A program made the translations under genes and the position numbers. From Malacoraja senta (lineage: Eukaryota), in contig JAXLNO010001453.1 of the NCBI GenBank assembly GCA_038087875.1, positions 62,001 through 126,000 of the forward strand: a stretch of DNA of 64,000 nt, read 5' to 3'. The notes under the pieces were generated by a model. It had not been told where the DNA came from. It saw nothing but the letters and a program-made list of their open reading frames with translations, and ran no database searches. This document shows, piece after piece, positions 22,190 to 36,505 of the stretch. Within the stretch, counting starts at the first letter, position 1. Every line of letters starts with the position of its first letter.

Positions 22190-23815
22190 GGTATAAATAT
22201 AAAGGTGGATAGTAAAAGCGTCTTTAGGTATGTGATGAGGAAAAAATAGTTAAGACCATAGTTGGACCCTTGAAGACTGAACAGCGTCAATTTATTATGG
22301 GGTACAAGGAAATGGCAAATGAGTTGGACAGGTACTTTGGATCCGTCTTCACTAAGGAGGACAGAAACAATCTTCCAGATGTACTAGCCGGATGATCTGG
22401 GGTGACGGAGGAACTGAAGGAAATCGACAATTGGCAGGAAATGGTGTTGGGTAGACTGATGCGATTGAAGGCTGATAAATCCCCAGCGCCTGATGATCTG
22501 CATCCCAGGGTAGATAAGGAAGTGACTCTAGAAATCGTGGACGCATTGGTGATCATTTTCCAATGTTCTATAGATTCAGGATAGGTTCCTGTGGATTGGA
22601 GTGTAGCTGATGTTATCCCACTTTTTAAGAAAGGCGGGAGAGAGAAAACAGTGAATTATAGATCAGTTAGCTTGACATCGGTGGTAGGGAAGATGCTGGA
22701 GTCAACTATATAAGATGAAATGGCGGCTCATTTGGAGAGAAGCAACAGGATCGGTCCGAATCAGCATGGATTTACGAAGGGGAAATCATGCTTGACTAAT
22801 CTTCTGGAATTTTTTGAGGATTTAACTAGGAGAATGGACAAGGGAGAGCCAGAGGATGAAGTGCACCTGGACATTCAGAAAGCATTTGATAAAGTCCCAC
22901 ATTGGAGATTAGTGGGCAAAATTAGGGCACATGGTATTGGGGGTAGAGTGCTGACATGGATAGCAAATTTGCTCATGTTACTTTGATTCCCTTCATCCAA
23001 ATCATTTATGTATATTGTAAATAGCTGCGGTCCCAGCACCGAGCCTTGCGGTACCCAACTTTTCACTGCCTGCCATTCCGAATGGGACCCGTTAATCCCT
23101 ACTCTTTGTATTCTGTCTGCCAAACAATTTTCCATCCATGTCAGCGCTCTACCACCAATACCATGTGGCCTAATTTTGCCCACTAATCTCCTGTGGGACC
23201 TTATCAAATGCTTTCTGCATGACCAGGACACTACATCCACTGGCTCTCCCTTGTCCATTTTCCTACTTCCATCCTTAAAAAATTTCCAGAAGATTAGTCA
23301 AGCATGATTTCCCCTTCGTAATTCCATGCTGACTCGGACCGATCCTGTTACTGCTAACCAAATGTGCCGCTATTCTTTTATAATTTATTCCAGCATCTAC
23401 CCAACTACCGATGTCAGGCAAACTGGTCTATAATTCCCTGTTTTCTCTCTCCCGCATTTCTTAGAAAGTGGGATAACATTAGCTACCCTCCAATCCACAG
23501 GAACTGATCCTGAATCTATAGAACATTGGAAAATTATCACCAATGCATCCACAATTTCTAAGCCACTTCCTTAAGTACCCTGGGATGCAGACTATCAGGC
23601 CTTGGGGATTTATCAGCCTTCAGTCCCATCAGTCTACAGAACACCATTTCATGCCTAATGTGGATTTCCTTCAGTTCATTCGTCCCCCAGATCCTCTGGC
23701 CACATCAAGAAAATTGTTTGTGTCCTCCTAAGTGAAGACGGATCCAAAGTACCTGTTCAACCCATCTGCCATTTCCTTGTTCCCAATAATAAATTCACTT
23801 TTTTCAATCTTCATG
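22190..23815. mobile_element. Inverted pair of CR1 ORF2 fragments (plus arm about 22190-22963, minus arm about 22962-23815)
   Basis: The plus arm encodes NQHGFTKGKSCLTNLLEFFE...KAFDKVPH. The minus arm encodes the same region through VPQGSVLGPQLFTIYINDLD...SKFA. The junction lies at palindrome AGCAAATTTGCT (22962-22973). Confidence 0.85.
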
Positions 23816-25585
23816 GTCCAATCTTCAAGGATGTAGTTTAGGCAGGTATTGTCGCAACGTTTAAGAAATATTGCGACAGGTACATAGATAAGATATGTTA
23901 AGAGGAATATGACTATGTTTCACGCTGTATTACACTAGAAATCTATGCCAAGATCGAAGAACAAATTACCTTCCGCTTGTGCAAGCCACACGATTCTGGA
24001 GTTAACATCCGAGTCTTCAACGTTACTATATCTCTCTTCCTCCTCATTTGGAAGAAAATTCGGCATATCGACGACTGTCTTGATTATATTGCCTCTCGTG
24101 ATAACGTTCAAAACTTGAAATGTCTACTCACAACATCGTTCGCTCCAGAGAAATAAAACATCCTGACCTATACAGTCTCTCTCGGAATTGAACGTCTCCA
24201 GTCCTGGCAAAAACTTTTTCATTAACACTCTGCCACTCCCCACATTAATGGTATCAATGCTAACATATTGCGATCTGAAGAACATCGCACGTGCTGTCTC
24301 GCCAACGTCCTATACCAGATGTTTGAATTCCACTTATACCCAACTGCGTGGGACTCCCGCAGTGAAATAAGGACACACCTCATGCTGGCGGAGGGAAGAA
24401 AAAATCCTACCATCCACATTCAAATTTACTCGCATTGGTTGTAAGCAGATTGTTCATGAACAAGATGGAGAAATGGCCCTCTTTCCGTGCTGTGTAACAT
24501 GCAACTACCACTTACAGTGAGAGTTCGTTCAATATACCTGCCCCGCCCGCGAGGAAGAGTTGACGCTGCGTCCCTTTAAACATTTACCGCCTCATTTGGT
24601 ACTTTTGCCCTCTTTTAGAGACGTATATCCGAGGAACAAAATAATATACCTCCACTGATCATCACCGTGTCTTATTTTAACCCTCCATAACTCCTCATTG
24701 TTTTGTTCGCTGCAGAGGGAAAACGCTTCTGCATTATCCTGTCCATCTTACAATTCACTCCGCCCAATATTAGTACCAGTATTGTGAATAGAGTTGCATA
24801 CTCCCTAGTTTAAATGGATCCTTAATGAATTATTTCGAAAAATAATATCCCTCCTCCTGTGCTGTACTGCTCTGTGAATTTTTTTTTCTGTGAATTGCTT
24901 AGTTTGAGTGCACAAAACATGACACTTCTTTCTTAGGTCACGACTTTCTTCAGAATGATCTGTTCCCAAACATGTACCGCCGGTCAGACTCCCCTTAACC
25001 GATTCAGTCGGCTCTATCATCTTGCCCATCAACATTCTTGATATCTCCAACGGATCAATGCATTGAGATTATTTCGCCCTAATATCTGAAACAACATCAA
25101 AATCAGTTCACCTCTCGTTTTATGAAATAACACATTACTTTCAAGATAACCTGTAGATCAAGAACATTTCTTGTCGATATTTATTTCTGGTCAGTTTCCT
25201 CGTTACACATAATATTTGCATATTATTTACTTCAAGAAATGCCAGCAGTTGAAAGATAGTAATGCTGCTGTTGTAGCTGAATTGTATAAGATGTCGTCTA
25301 GAAGGTTGCTGTGATTGACATCATTTGGACCCTGCCGAAGAATGATTCCATTTTCTTTTGAAAATGAGCTGCACGGGGAATCCAGGATCAAATTATTAAT
25401 GGGTGCATGTTAAGTGAATGGAACCGTCTCTGGAAAATGCATTACAAATGCTACAAATAAAATACTGTATTATATCGCAGCATATGTGGATAAATGGTAT
25501 ATGACATGTATTTTGCTGCATTAAAAAAAAATATTTTTGTATTTTTAAAATTGTGTTTAATATTAATCTTATTTTTAATGTACTT

Positions 25586-28500
25586 CCCCCTAGTCCCATC
25601 TACCTGCACTCAGACCATAACCCTTCATTCCTTTCCCGTCCATATACCCATCCAATCTATTTTTAAAGGAATACATCGAACCTGCCTCAACCACTTCCAC
25701 TGGAAGCTCATTCCACACAGCTACCAATCTATGAGTAAAGAAGTTCCCCCTAATGTTACCCCTAAACTTCTGTCCCTTAATTCTCAAGTCATGTCCCAGG
25801 CAACATTCTAGTAAATCTCCTCTGTACTCTCTCTATTTTGTTGACATCCTTCCTATAATTAGGCGACCAAAATTGTACTCCATACACCAGAATTGGCCTC
25901 ACCAATGCCTTGTACAATTTTAACATTACATCCCAACTTCTATATTCAATGCTCTGATTTATAAAGGCCAGCACACCAAAAGCTTTCTTTACCACCTGAG
26001 ATTCCACCTTCAGGGAACTATGCACAGTTATTCCTAGATCCCTCTGTTCAACTGCATTCTTCAATTCGCCACCATTTACCATGTACGTCCTATTTTGATT
26101 TGTCCTGCCGTGATGTAGCACCTCACATTTGTCAGCATTAAACTCCATCTGCCATCTTTCAGCCCAGTCTTCCAAATGGCCTAAATCTCTCTGTAGACTT
26201 TGAAAATCTACTTCATTATCCACAACTCCACCTATCTTAGTATCATCTGCATACTTACTAATCCAATTTTCCACACCATCATCCAGATCATTGATGTACA
26301 TGACAAACAACAGTGGAGCCAACTCAGACCCCTGAGGCACCCCACTAGTCACCGGCCTCCAACCTGACAAACAGCCATCCACCATTACTCTCTGGCATAT
26401 CCCATTCAGCCACTGTTGAATCCATCTTGCTACTCCACCATTAATACCCAACAATTGAATCTTCTTAACCAACATTCCATGAGGAACCTTGTCAAAGGCC
26501 TTACTGAAGTCCATATAGACAACATCCACTGCTTTACCCTCATCAATTTCCCTAGTAACCTCTTCGAAAAATTCAAGAACATTAGTCAAGCATGACCTGC
26601 CAGGCACAAATCCATGTTGACTGTTCCTAATCAGACCCTGGTTATCCAGATGCTTATATATATTATCTTTAAGTATCCTTTCCATTAATTTGCCCACCAC
26701 TGACGTCAAACTAACAGGTCTATAATTGCTAGGTTTACTCTTCGAACCCTTTTTAAACAACGGTACGCCAATCCTCCGGCACTTTTCCCGTTTCTAATGA
26801 CATTTGAAATATTTCTGTCATAGCCCCTGCTATTTCTACACTAACTTCCCTCAATGTCCTAGGGAATATCCTGTAAGGACCTGGCGACTTATCAGTTTCC
26901 ATATTTTTCAAAAGTGTCCGCACCTTCTCTTCTTTGAATCTCACAGTTTCCATTGCTACTCTGCTTGTTTCCCTTACCTCACATAATTCCATATCCTTCT
27001 CCTTGGTGAATACCGAAGAAAAGAAATTGTTGAATATCTCCCCCATCTCTTTTGGCTCTGCAGATAGCTGTCCACTCTGACTCTCTAATGGACACATTTT
27101 ATTCCTTATTATCCTTTTGCTATTAATATAGCTGTAGAAACCCTTTGGATTTACTTTCACCTTACTTGCCAAAGCAACCTCATATCTTCTTTTAGCTTTT
27201 CTAATTTCTTTCTTAATATACTTTTGACATTCTTTATACTCCCCAAGCACCTCATTTACTCCATGCTGCCTATAATTATTGTAGATCTCTCTCTTTTTCC
27301 GAACCAAGTGTCCAATTTCCCTTGAAAACCATGGCTCTTTCCAATTTTTACTATTTCCTTTCAACCGAACAAGGACATAAAGATTCTGTACTCTTAAAAT
27401 GTCACCCTTAAATGTCCTCCATTTCTCGTCTACATCCTTCCCATAAAACAACATGTCCCACTTCACTCGTTTTAAATCCTTTCGCATCTCCTCAAAGTTA
27501 GCCTTTCTCCAATCAAAAATCTCAACCCTAGGCCCAGTTCTGACCCTCTCCATAGTTGTATTGAAACTAATGGTATTGTGATCACTGGACCCGAAGTGCT
27601 CCCCGACGCATACCTCCGCCACCTGCCCTGACTCATTTCCAAACAGGAGGTCGAGCACTGCCCCTTCTCTAGTAGGCACCTCTATGTATTGCTGCAAAAA
27701 ACTATCCTGCACACATTTTACAAACTCCAAACCATCCAGCCCTTTTACAGAATGTGTTTCCCGGTCTATGTGTGGACAATTGAAATCTCCCACAATCACT
27801 ACCTTGTGCTTACTACTAATATCTGCTATCTCCTTACATATTTGCACTTCCAATTCTCGCTCCCCATTTGGCGGTCTATAAGTGTTGCTACACCTTTCCC
27901 ATTTCTCAGTTCCACCCAAATAGCCTCCCTAGACGAGCCCTCTAATCTATCCTGCCAAAGCACTGCTGTAATAACTTCCTTGACAAGCAATGCAACACCC
28001 CCACCTCTTGCCCCTCCAATTCTATCACCCATGAAGCAACGAAATCCTGGATTATTTAGTTTCCAATCACAGCCCTCCTGCAACCATGTTTCACTGGTCG
28101 CCACAACATCATACTTCCAGGTGTCAATCTAGGCTCTAAGCTCATCCACCTTTCTTATAATGCTCCTAGCATTAAAATATACACATTTAAGAAACCCATC
28201 ACCACTTATTCTCTGTTTATTATCTTTTTCTTCTTTGTCCCCTACATTTTGGGTCCGAGTGCTTCCCTTCTATGCCTCCTGCCTCCCACATTTTCCACTA
28301 GCTTTCTCTATTTGAGTCCCTCCCCCCAACCGTTCTAGTTTAAAGTCTCCCCAGTAGCCTTTGCAAATCTCCCCGCCAGGATATTGGTCCCCCTCGGGTT
28401 CAAGTGCAACCCGTCCTTTCTGTGCAGGTCACACCTTCCCCAAAAGAGGTCCCAATGATCCAGAAATTTGAATCCCTGCCCGATGCACCAGTTCCTCAGC

Positions 28501-28660
28501 CACGCAATTATCCTCCACCTCATTCCATTCCTACTCTCACCGTCGCTTGGCACAGGTATTAATCCTGAGATTGTTACCTTTGCGCTCCTTCACCTTAACT
28601 CTCATCCGAACTCCCTAAATTCTCCTTTCAAGACATCTTCTCTTTTTCTACCTATGTCGT
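25586..28660 (-). mobile_element. CR1 LINE, about 3.1 kb (ORF1 esterase C-terminus + ORF2 APE endonuclease and RT)
   Basis: ORF 28335-28553 has the SGNH-like DGLHLN. ORF 26753-27919 has GDFN, LDLL and SDH of the APE endonuclease. ORF 25789-26760 has QHGF, DFSKAFD, GVPQGS and KYADD. ORF2 is broken by frameshifts. Confidence 0.93.
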
Positions 28661-28723
28661 AACATATGTTATCACTAATTCTCACTGATTAAGGTATGTT
28701 CATTAGAAAGTCGTGTATCCAAT

Positions 28724-30942
28724 ATTATCTTCGAAATTCCAACTATCAAGGGGAAATAGACAATGATGCTCATTATCACCACAACTGTTTGCTCTCATTA
28801 TTGAACCGCTAGCAGAAAAAATTAGAATACACCCTAATATCCATGGATATAATACTAAAGATTCATATAATAAAATATCTTTATATGCGGATGATATATT
28901 ACTGTACATTACAAAACCTCAAATCACTATACCAAATATATTAAATTTAATTGAAGATTTTGGATCTTTTTCTGGATATAGAATAAATTGGAATAAAAGT
29001 GAAATTATGTCAATAAAACCGAAAGATTCAACACATTTTTTAAAATTCCCTTTTAAAATAGCTACAGAAAAATTTAATTATTTGGGAATCGAAATTACCA
29101 GATCATATCAAGGTATGTTTAGGGCAAATTTTGACCCCTTACTTAATAAATTAAACACACTAATTAAATTCTGGAAAACGCTCCCGATGTCTTTAATAGG
29201 CCGAATAAACGCAATAAAAATGATCTTTTTACCACAAATTTTATACCTATTTCAATCAATTCCTATATACTTACCAAAGAAGTTTTTTAAAAAACTCGAC
29301 TCAGATATCACTAATTTTATATGGGACTATAAATCACATAGAATACAAAAAACTCATCTGAATAAACCTAAAGTATTAGGGAGTTTAGCACTACCTAATT
29401 TTATGTATTATTATTGGTCAGTAAATATTAAAAATATGATTCAACTGATGGATAACTCCGCCCAGCAAGCGGACTGGATTGTAATGGAGAAAGAGGATTG
29501 CTCCTCTAGAAACATTGGAGCGATCCTCCTCTCTCCAATGAAATTGAATAACATAAATTATAATAAGAACCCAATTATTCATAGTACAATCCGAATTTGG
29601 AAACAAATAAAACAAAATTTAAAATTAAGAAATTTATCACTTTTATTACCTATAGTCAATAACCCTTCGTTTAATCCTTCTATTATAGATAAAGCATACA
29701 CAATGGGATAGATTAGGAATTAAAACGCTTGGTGACTTGTATGAAACTGGAAAATTACTTTCATTTCAACAATTACAAATAAAATATAAACTCGGAAATA
29801 ATCAATATTTTAAATACTTTCAAATATGCGACTATTTGAAAAAATATACAAAAGATCATCATAATAACCCAGCAGATGTACTGGACGAGGCAATGCAGAT
29901 AAAAGCGGAATCAGCAAACTTAATATAATATTTGTATAATATTATCTTAAATACACAAATACCATCTACGGAGGGTATCAGAAGAGACTGGGAACAAGAG
30001 TTAGCTATTAAAATTTCAAAGGAAAGTTGGAATGAATACTTATTAAACGTGCATAAATGCTCGATTAATGTAAGACACACTTTAATACAATTTAAAATTT
30101 TACATAGATTATATTATTCGAAAACTAAAATTCATAAAATTTTCCCAAATGTATCACTATTTGTGATAAATGTCAATCCCAAGAAGCTACCATAACGCAC
30201 TCATTCGTTTCTTGTACAAAAATTCAAAAATTTTGGAATGACATTTTTGAAATCTTTACAAAGTTATTTAAAACAAGACTGATACCCAAAGCAGAATGGA
30301 TTATCTTCGGAATAACGGAAGATGGTCCAGATCTAAATGTGTTTCAAAAGAAACTAATGGACTATGGGTTAATAACTGGAAAAAAGCGAATTCTAAAATT
30401 TTGGAAGAAGGCTCCAATACCAACTATAAATATGTGGATTTCAAATATGTTTGAAACATTACACCTAGAAGAGATAAGACTCCTCCTAGCAGGTAAACCA
30501 GATCACTTCCACCTGACGTGGTCTGCATTTATAGAATTATTACAAACATAGGGTGCAAAAGTACTTTAAAAAAAAATTGAGGTCAGGTAAGGGGGGATGA
30601 TAGTTGAAGAGCTGGTATGTCCCATTTACGTAATGCTCATAAAAATATTTGTTTTTCTCTTTTTCCTCTTTCTCTCTTTCTTTCTTTCCTAGGGTCTATT
30701 TCTTAACTCTTTTTCTTTTGTTTTTAATTTTGCTCTTATAGTGTCTTCGTCCTTTTTTGTTGTCACATTTCCTACACTTTCACTTTTTCCTTCACTTTCT
30801 TCTTTCTTTCAATCTTTTCCTTTTCTAGTGTAAAAAATAAATGGAGTACATTAATTGTAAGAAGATATAAATGACAAGTACTAATGTATGTGGTTGTAAT
30901 GTAATGTACTTCTAATAAAATACAAATTAAAAAAAAAAAAAA
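28724..30942 (+). mobile_element. L1-clade LINE, 5'-truncated, with 19-bp TSD and poly(A), inserted in the GPCR intron of unit 2
   Basis: TSD AGAAAGTCGTGTATCCAAT at 28705-28723 and 30943-30961. AATAAA at 30914 and an A-tract from 30929. RT motifs LSRGNRQ*CSLSP and LYADD. The empty site is visible at about 8463 and 47782. Confidence 0.95.
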
Positions 30943-31370
30943 AGAAAGTCGTGTATCCAATCGCAAGCTGGAGTGCTGATCGCTAGGCTCGGGAGTTTAT
31001 CAATGTGTTTGGAAGGGAGTAGTGTAGAAGGCAAGTGCTCCAGCGGAGAATTGGGAATCTAACGTTCGACTCCTTCCTGCCTGGCTGTTGGAGAGACGGG
31101 TTTAGGTCCAGGACGATGGCGTCTGATGCGGAACTGCTGCTGCAATATGCAGTCTGTGGTTCATCAAAGGCGGCTGGGGTGGGCTCACGCTACCTGCGTA
31201 TACCGCTGATAGCTAATGCGCACATCTCCTTAGCACGCACTGAGGGATTGCAAGTAGAGCAGTCGTTCTCGACCAAATAAACAAAGCGTACCAAAAATTT
31301 ACCCCCACCCCAAATTACCATCGCGTTTCCCTTTCATGTAACGACAGTTTCCTCTTTTCTACTCCCCCCG

Positions 31371-32283
31371 TGAACTTGTTGGCGATTGTGATACTGTCCC
31401 GCAGAAATTGTGGTCTCTCAAAATGCACCACTCGTTACCTGGTGGCCATGGCGGCGGTGGACCTCTCAGTGATTGTCTGCGAAGTGATATTACATCGGAT
31501 TGCCGACGTTTGCTGGTGGCGCACATTCCTCTTCCACAATACTGTGTGCAGGTGCATTATGTTCCTCGCTCCCGCCGCCGTTGCCTGTTCGGTTTGGCTC
31601 AGGGTCGCTTTCACATTTGATCGCTTTGTGGCCATTTCCACTCAGAATCTGAGAACCAGATACTGCACCGAAAGAACCGCGCTGGTGGTTATAGTGACCC
31701 TAACTGCGTCCTTTGTTTACAGAACGCTCCCTGGCCATTTACGTACACTTATTATCGCAGGGATCAGCAGGGTATACTGTGGGGTTGCCAAATACCATAT
31801 CACTTTTATGTTCTGCCATCGTGGATAGCATTTTCCTCGACTCAACAGCTGCTAATGCCAGTCATTCCATTTTGTTTGATTATGCTTATGAACATGCTTA
31901 CTGTCAGACGCATTTTAGTGGCCAGTCGTGTCCGCAGAAAACTCCGCGATCTCAGTAGCGAGGACCCCGAAATCGCAAACCGCAGACAGTCCGTAATTTT
32001 ACTTGTAGCAATTTCCAGCAGCTTTATGCTGCTCTGGGGCACAACTGTAGCATATTTCGTTTTCTATCGATGTACGAACGGATTTTGGTTCAGAGGGTTG
32101 AAGAACCCATTTGCAACATTTGAACAAACTGGAATTTTGCTACAACTGTTGAACACCTGCACAAACACGCTCATTTACAACGTGACCCAGAGGAGGTTCA
32201 GAGAGCAGCTGCTCCAGGTACTCAAATGCCCCTTCACCCTAACTGTAAGTTTAATAAAATCGAGAAAACCTGGTGTAAAATAA
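31371..32283 (+). pseudogene. GPR139-like GPCR pseudogene (copy 2)
   Basis: Exon 2 homologue is 913 nt versus 914. A 1-nt deletion near 31713 shifts the frame in TM4. The acceptor AG has become ccccccG. Promoter and exon 1 are absent, replaced by the CR1 at 25586-28660. Confidence 0.92.
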
Positions 32284-35200
32284 CATTACAATAATAATCC
32301 CTTCGTGAGTGAGTGCAAAAACTATGTAATGAAGGAGTTTTCTTTGAAACCTTTCCGCATCAATTTTCAAAAAAATAGCTGAGAAGTACAATCTGAACGC
32401 GTTCCCTGCACTGGAATGCATATTTGGCCATCTATTTAACATGCGACACGGGCGCGTTGTTCAAAGTGTCCAGTGGGGTGGGCGGCCATGTGGTATGTTG
32501 TACTGGAGCAGACCTCCAATGTTTCCGGAATTGAGCCTCGCCGTTAACTGTTTCCACCTTCCTTTGAATCCAGCGGCAAAGTCTCCAGCACGCAATGAAA
32601 ACAGACATAGAGTTATGGACATAAACATTTCATGCTCCATTACTCTAGTCTTCTTTCAGACGTTCCATGGTTACGTGTGTAAGTGCCCAGTGCACAAATG
32701 TGTTTAATAAAATTCTTGCTGCAACATTTACGTTAATGAGAGTTCGATTTTATTTTTGCTTCTCGCACTCAATGTAATGCCTCATTGCACCTTGCAGAGG
32801 CTTTCGGTTTTCATCATAATTATTAACTCTGGACTAGATGCAGCCAAAGGTTGTGGGTGCTATTCATACAAGTTGGCATTACTAATTATATTTTAATGGA
32901 AGCAGAGTGTAACAAGCGAGTGTCCAGTAGAGGGCGGTAAAGTGAGTAGGTTCACCTGTGTGGTAAAGATATTCTGAATCGATTTTCATTAATATCCCAC
33001 CTCCATTGATGCAGCGCCGACGCTGGAGCTCTGCCGAGGCGAAGTAGCTAAATTCGGCGTACCAGTACATATCTGTTTTGAGCGGTTGCATCATTTGCAT
33101 CATTTATCGCTCTCATTGTACGCATCACGGAGATGAAGAAGCGCAAAGGATTGCTTCTCCGTCTTGAGAGCATTTCTTGTCGGGTAGGCGACGTATCGGC
33201 TGTTTAGTGACCTGCAGCGAAAAAATGGAGACTGATGAACTAACATTTTATCGACATATAAACTGATAACAAAAGTATTTTTGGGACAAAATTAGTTTTC
33301 CTTCAGTTGTTTGTGCCAGTTTTGATATCCATTGGGATCAGTGTCCATTTGTCACGTGGCGCCACCTTCCACAGCAATCTTTTCTGAATCTGATTTACCA
33401 TAAAATCCTCCATCCGTAGAATCCAGCCGGCACGCCTCCAAATGAATGGCAATAGCTCTACTATTTCGGTCCTCGATTCTTCCCCATCATCACACTGTTC
33501 TTCTCTGAACCCATCTCTGATTGCTCATGTAAGTACTCATTGATATAATGAGATTACAATGTACATTAAAGATTCACTCTTCACCAGTTGCATCCAACGG
33601 TAGCGGATGGTGTTTACTCAAGCAAGGGAATCTAATAATATTTTAAGGAAGCAGAGTCTAGTAGTCGGGGCGGTAAAGGGCGAAGGTTCGCTTTTCTGAT
33701 TGGTCATAGTTACAAATTGGTCTGGCATGTATCTTCCAAGCCACTACCACAGCGCAGACGCTGCAGTTCTGCAGAGGCTAAGAGAGTAGAATAAAAACAA
33801 GAGGAATACGCTCGAAAGGAAGCTTCTCAGAATCGAGTGCACCTCAGGTAGGACTCCGCAGTTGGGCAGACATTGAGAAAAATGGAGAAGGCTTCCAATT
33901 AAAATGTAACTGATTACGAAGAATAAGGGATCTTTCAGCTGTTTGTGCCAGCTAAGATATTCACGAGGATCAGGGTTGATTGGTGACTTTTGTCTTGGCG
34001 GCAACTTCTGCACAAATGTTTCCATAACATAATTTACATTCCTTCATACTTTGAATGCAAGAGCAAGCCTTCAGCTCTCAATGGCAATAGGTCCACAATT
34101 CCGTTCCTCAACCGTTCCATGCCCATCACACTTTTCTTTTTGTGGCCATCTATGATTTTCTATGTAAGTGCCCAGACCACAATTCTTGATAACCTTCTTG
34201 GAGACTGCTTCTCCCACATTCGTGCAATAATATGTCTATACACACACATATATTCCATTTGGAGATACAGCGCGGAAACAGGCTCCTCGGCACAGCGAGT
34301 CCGCGTTGATCAGCGATTCCCGCACACTAACACCATCCTACACATTGCGGATAATTTAACATTTTTACCGAAACCAATTAACCTACAAACCGATACGTCT
34401 TTGGAGTATTCGAGGAAACCGGAGCACCGGATAAAAGCCTACGGGGAGAACGGACAACGGGTCACGCGGATAACGGACAAACTCCGTGCAGGCAACTACA
34501 GTGGTCAGGATCAAATCCGGATCTCTGACGGTTTAGGACAGCATCACTGCCTCTGCGGCACCCCTGCGGGTTTGATAGTAAACAATGTTATGGAAAGATT
34601 TTTGCGGAAGGTGATGCCAAGTGACAAGTCATAAATCAACCATGATCATACATAGTAATATATATAGTAATATATATAAATATAAATATTTTAAAAGTAT
34701 GTTAATACATATAAAAATAATCGTTATAATAATATAATTGTATAATTGTATATATTATTATTATATTTATTTTAATATATTTATATATATATTTAAATGG
34801 ATGGATGGAGATATTAACAGAGGACATCGCATCAGGCGTTAAACACATTAAATGCTTTTGGCGGAATGTCACAATTCTAGAATCGTTTTGGCATTACGAG
34901 AACGCACAGAAGGAAGAGCAGTTCTCAGCAAAGTGTGTGGAGGCTTCTCTGAACTGCTGACAAGAGTTCACTTCAAATACTTCCAGCTGACTCACTAGAT
35001 GTTTTTCTCACATAGAAGACGGAATGTTGCTCGAAAGCAAATATCTAAATTGCTCTCTGGGTATTACTTCCCCGATTTAATCCAATCCCTGCTAGGTTTT
35101 GTTTGCAATTGCAAAACAACACACTTCCCACATTATTCCGTGGCCCATGGACCGACCCTTTACCCAACCGTCCATTTACTGTTCTCTCTTGAGTCCTCCC

Positions 35201-35809
35201 TTCATCTTTGCAATCTCTGAGTATCGGACATAACGCTGTTCCTACAATGTACGCTCTATTCGCTAACAAAATCAACCAAAGACTTAATTTTAAACAAACA
35301 AATCACATGAGATGAGCGTTAGTGGAAATAGTAAGTTATCAGCAATGGTCTCTCCAACGTGCATCACTTTCCAATGAGGACAATAGAAACATAGAAACAT
35401 AGAAAATAGAAGCAGGAGGAGGCCGTTGGGCCCTTCTAGTCAGCATCGCCATTCACTGTGATCATGGCTGATCGTCCGCAATCAATAAGCCGTGCCTGCC
35501 TTCTCCCCATATCCCTTGATTCCACTAGCCCCTAGAGCTGCATCTAACTCACTCTTAAATCCATCCAGTGACTTGACCTCCACTACCCTCTGTGGTAGGA
35601 AATTCCACAAATTCACAACTCTCTGGGCGAAAAAGTTTTTTCTCACCTCAGTCTTAAATGGCTTCCCCCTTTATTCTAAGACTGTGTCCCTTGCTTCTGG
35701 ACTCGCCCAACATTGTGGACATTTTTCCTGCATCTAGCTTATCCAGTCCTATTATGATTTTATATGTTTCTATAAGCCCCCCCCTCATGCGTCTAAACTC
35801 CAGTGAATA

Positions 35810-36505
35810 TTGTATTGTATTGTATTGTATATCTTTATTGTCATTTCCTGAGTATTCGCATACCCAGAGGAAACAAAACACGTTCCTCAACCAGTGTCCA
35901 TTTCAGTGTGCAGTAAAAAATAAATAGAAGTAAAAATACATATATCATGAACAAATTAACACTCTACTCTACTAAACATCAACAGGCGTTCCAATCGGCA
36001 GCGGCACGACAGTGGCTCTGCTGCAGTGTGTCCAGGTTGGTGGTTGGTGCACGATACTTTGGCAGGGGACAAAGTCCGTTTATCAGTCTTATAACCTGCG
36101 GTAAGAAGCTGAGGAGCATCCTGCTGGTTTTGCACCTAATGCCTCTTCCCAGATGGCAGGATGGAGAATATGTGATGCGATGGGTGGTAGGGGTCTTTGA
36201 TGATGGAGATGGCTCTGCTGATACATCTCTTCCTGTATATGTCCAGCAGGAAAGGGAGTGGAGCACCAATAATCCTGCTGGCGGTCTTCACAATCCTGTC
36301 TAGTTGGTGCCGTTCGTACGCCTTGCAGCTCCCGAACCAGGAAGTGATGCCGTAGGTTAATGTGCTCTCGATTGTCCCCCTATATAAAGTTCGTAGGTGT
36401 GTAATGGGGAGACCTGCTTTACGTAGTCTTCGGAGAGGGTGTAGTCGCTTCTGGGCTCTCTTGACCAGTGCTGTGGTGTTGGTCGTGGACGTCAGGTCAT
36501 CTGAC
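35810..36505 (-). mobile_element. Rex1/Babar LINE 3' fragment with (TACAA)n tail, unit 2 only
   Basis: Minus peptide ALVKRAQKRLHPLRRLRK...YRGTIESTLTYGITSWFG...DPYHPSHHIFSILPSGKR. The tail reads tattgtattgtattgtat on the plus strand. It interrupts the CR1 that is contiguous at about 12585 in unit 1. Confidence 0.88.

Larger units (their letters stand above)
6080..23827. repeat. Segmental tandem repeat unit 1 (intact GPCR)
   Basis: Colinear with units 2 and 3 across the GPCR, SINEs, mini-Gypsy element and CR1 pair. The ORF track shows the same small ORFs repeated. Confidence 0.9.
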
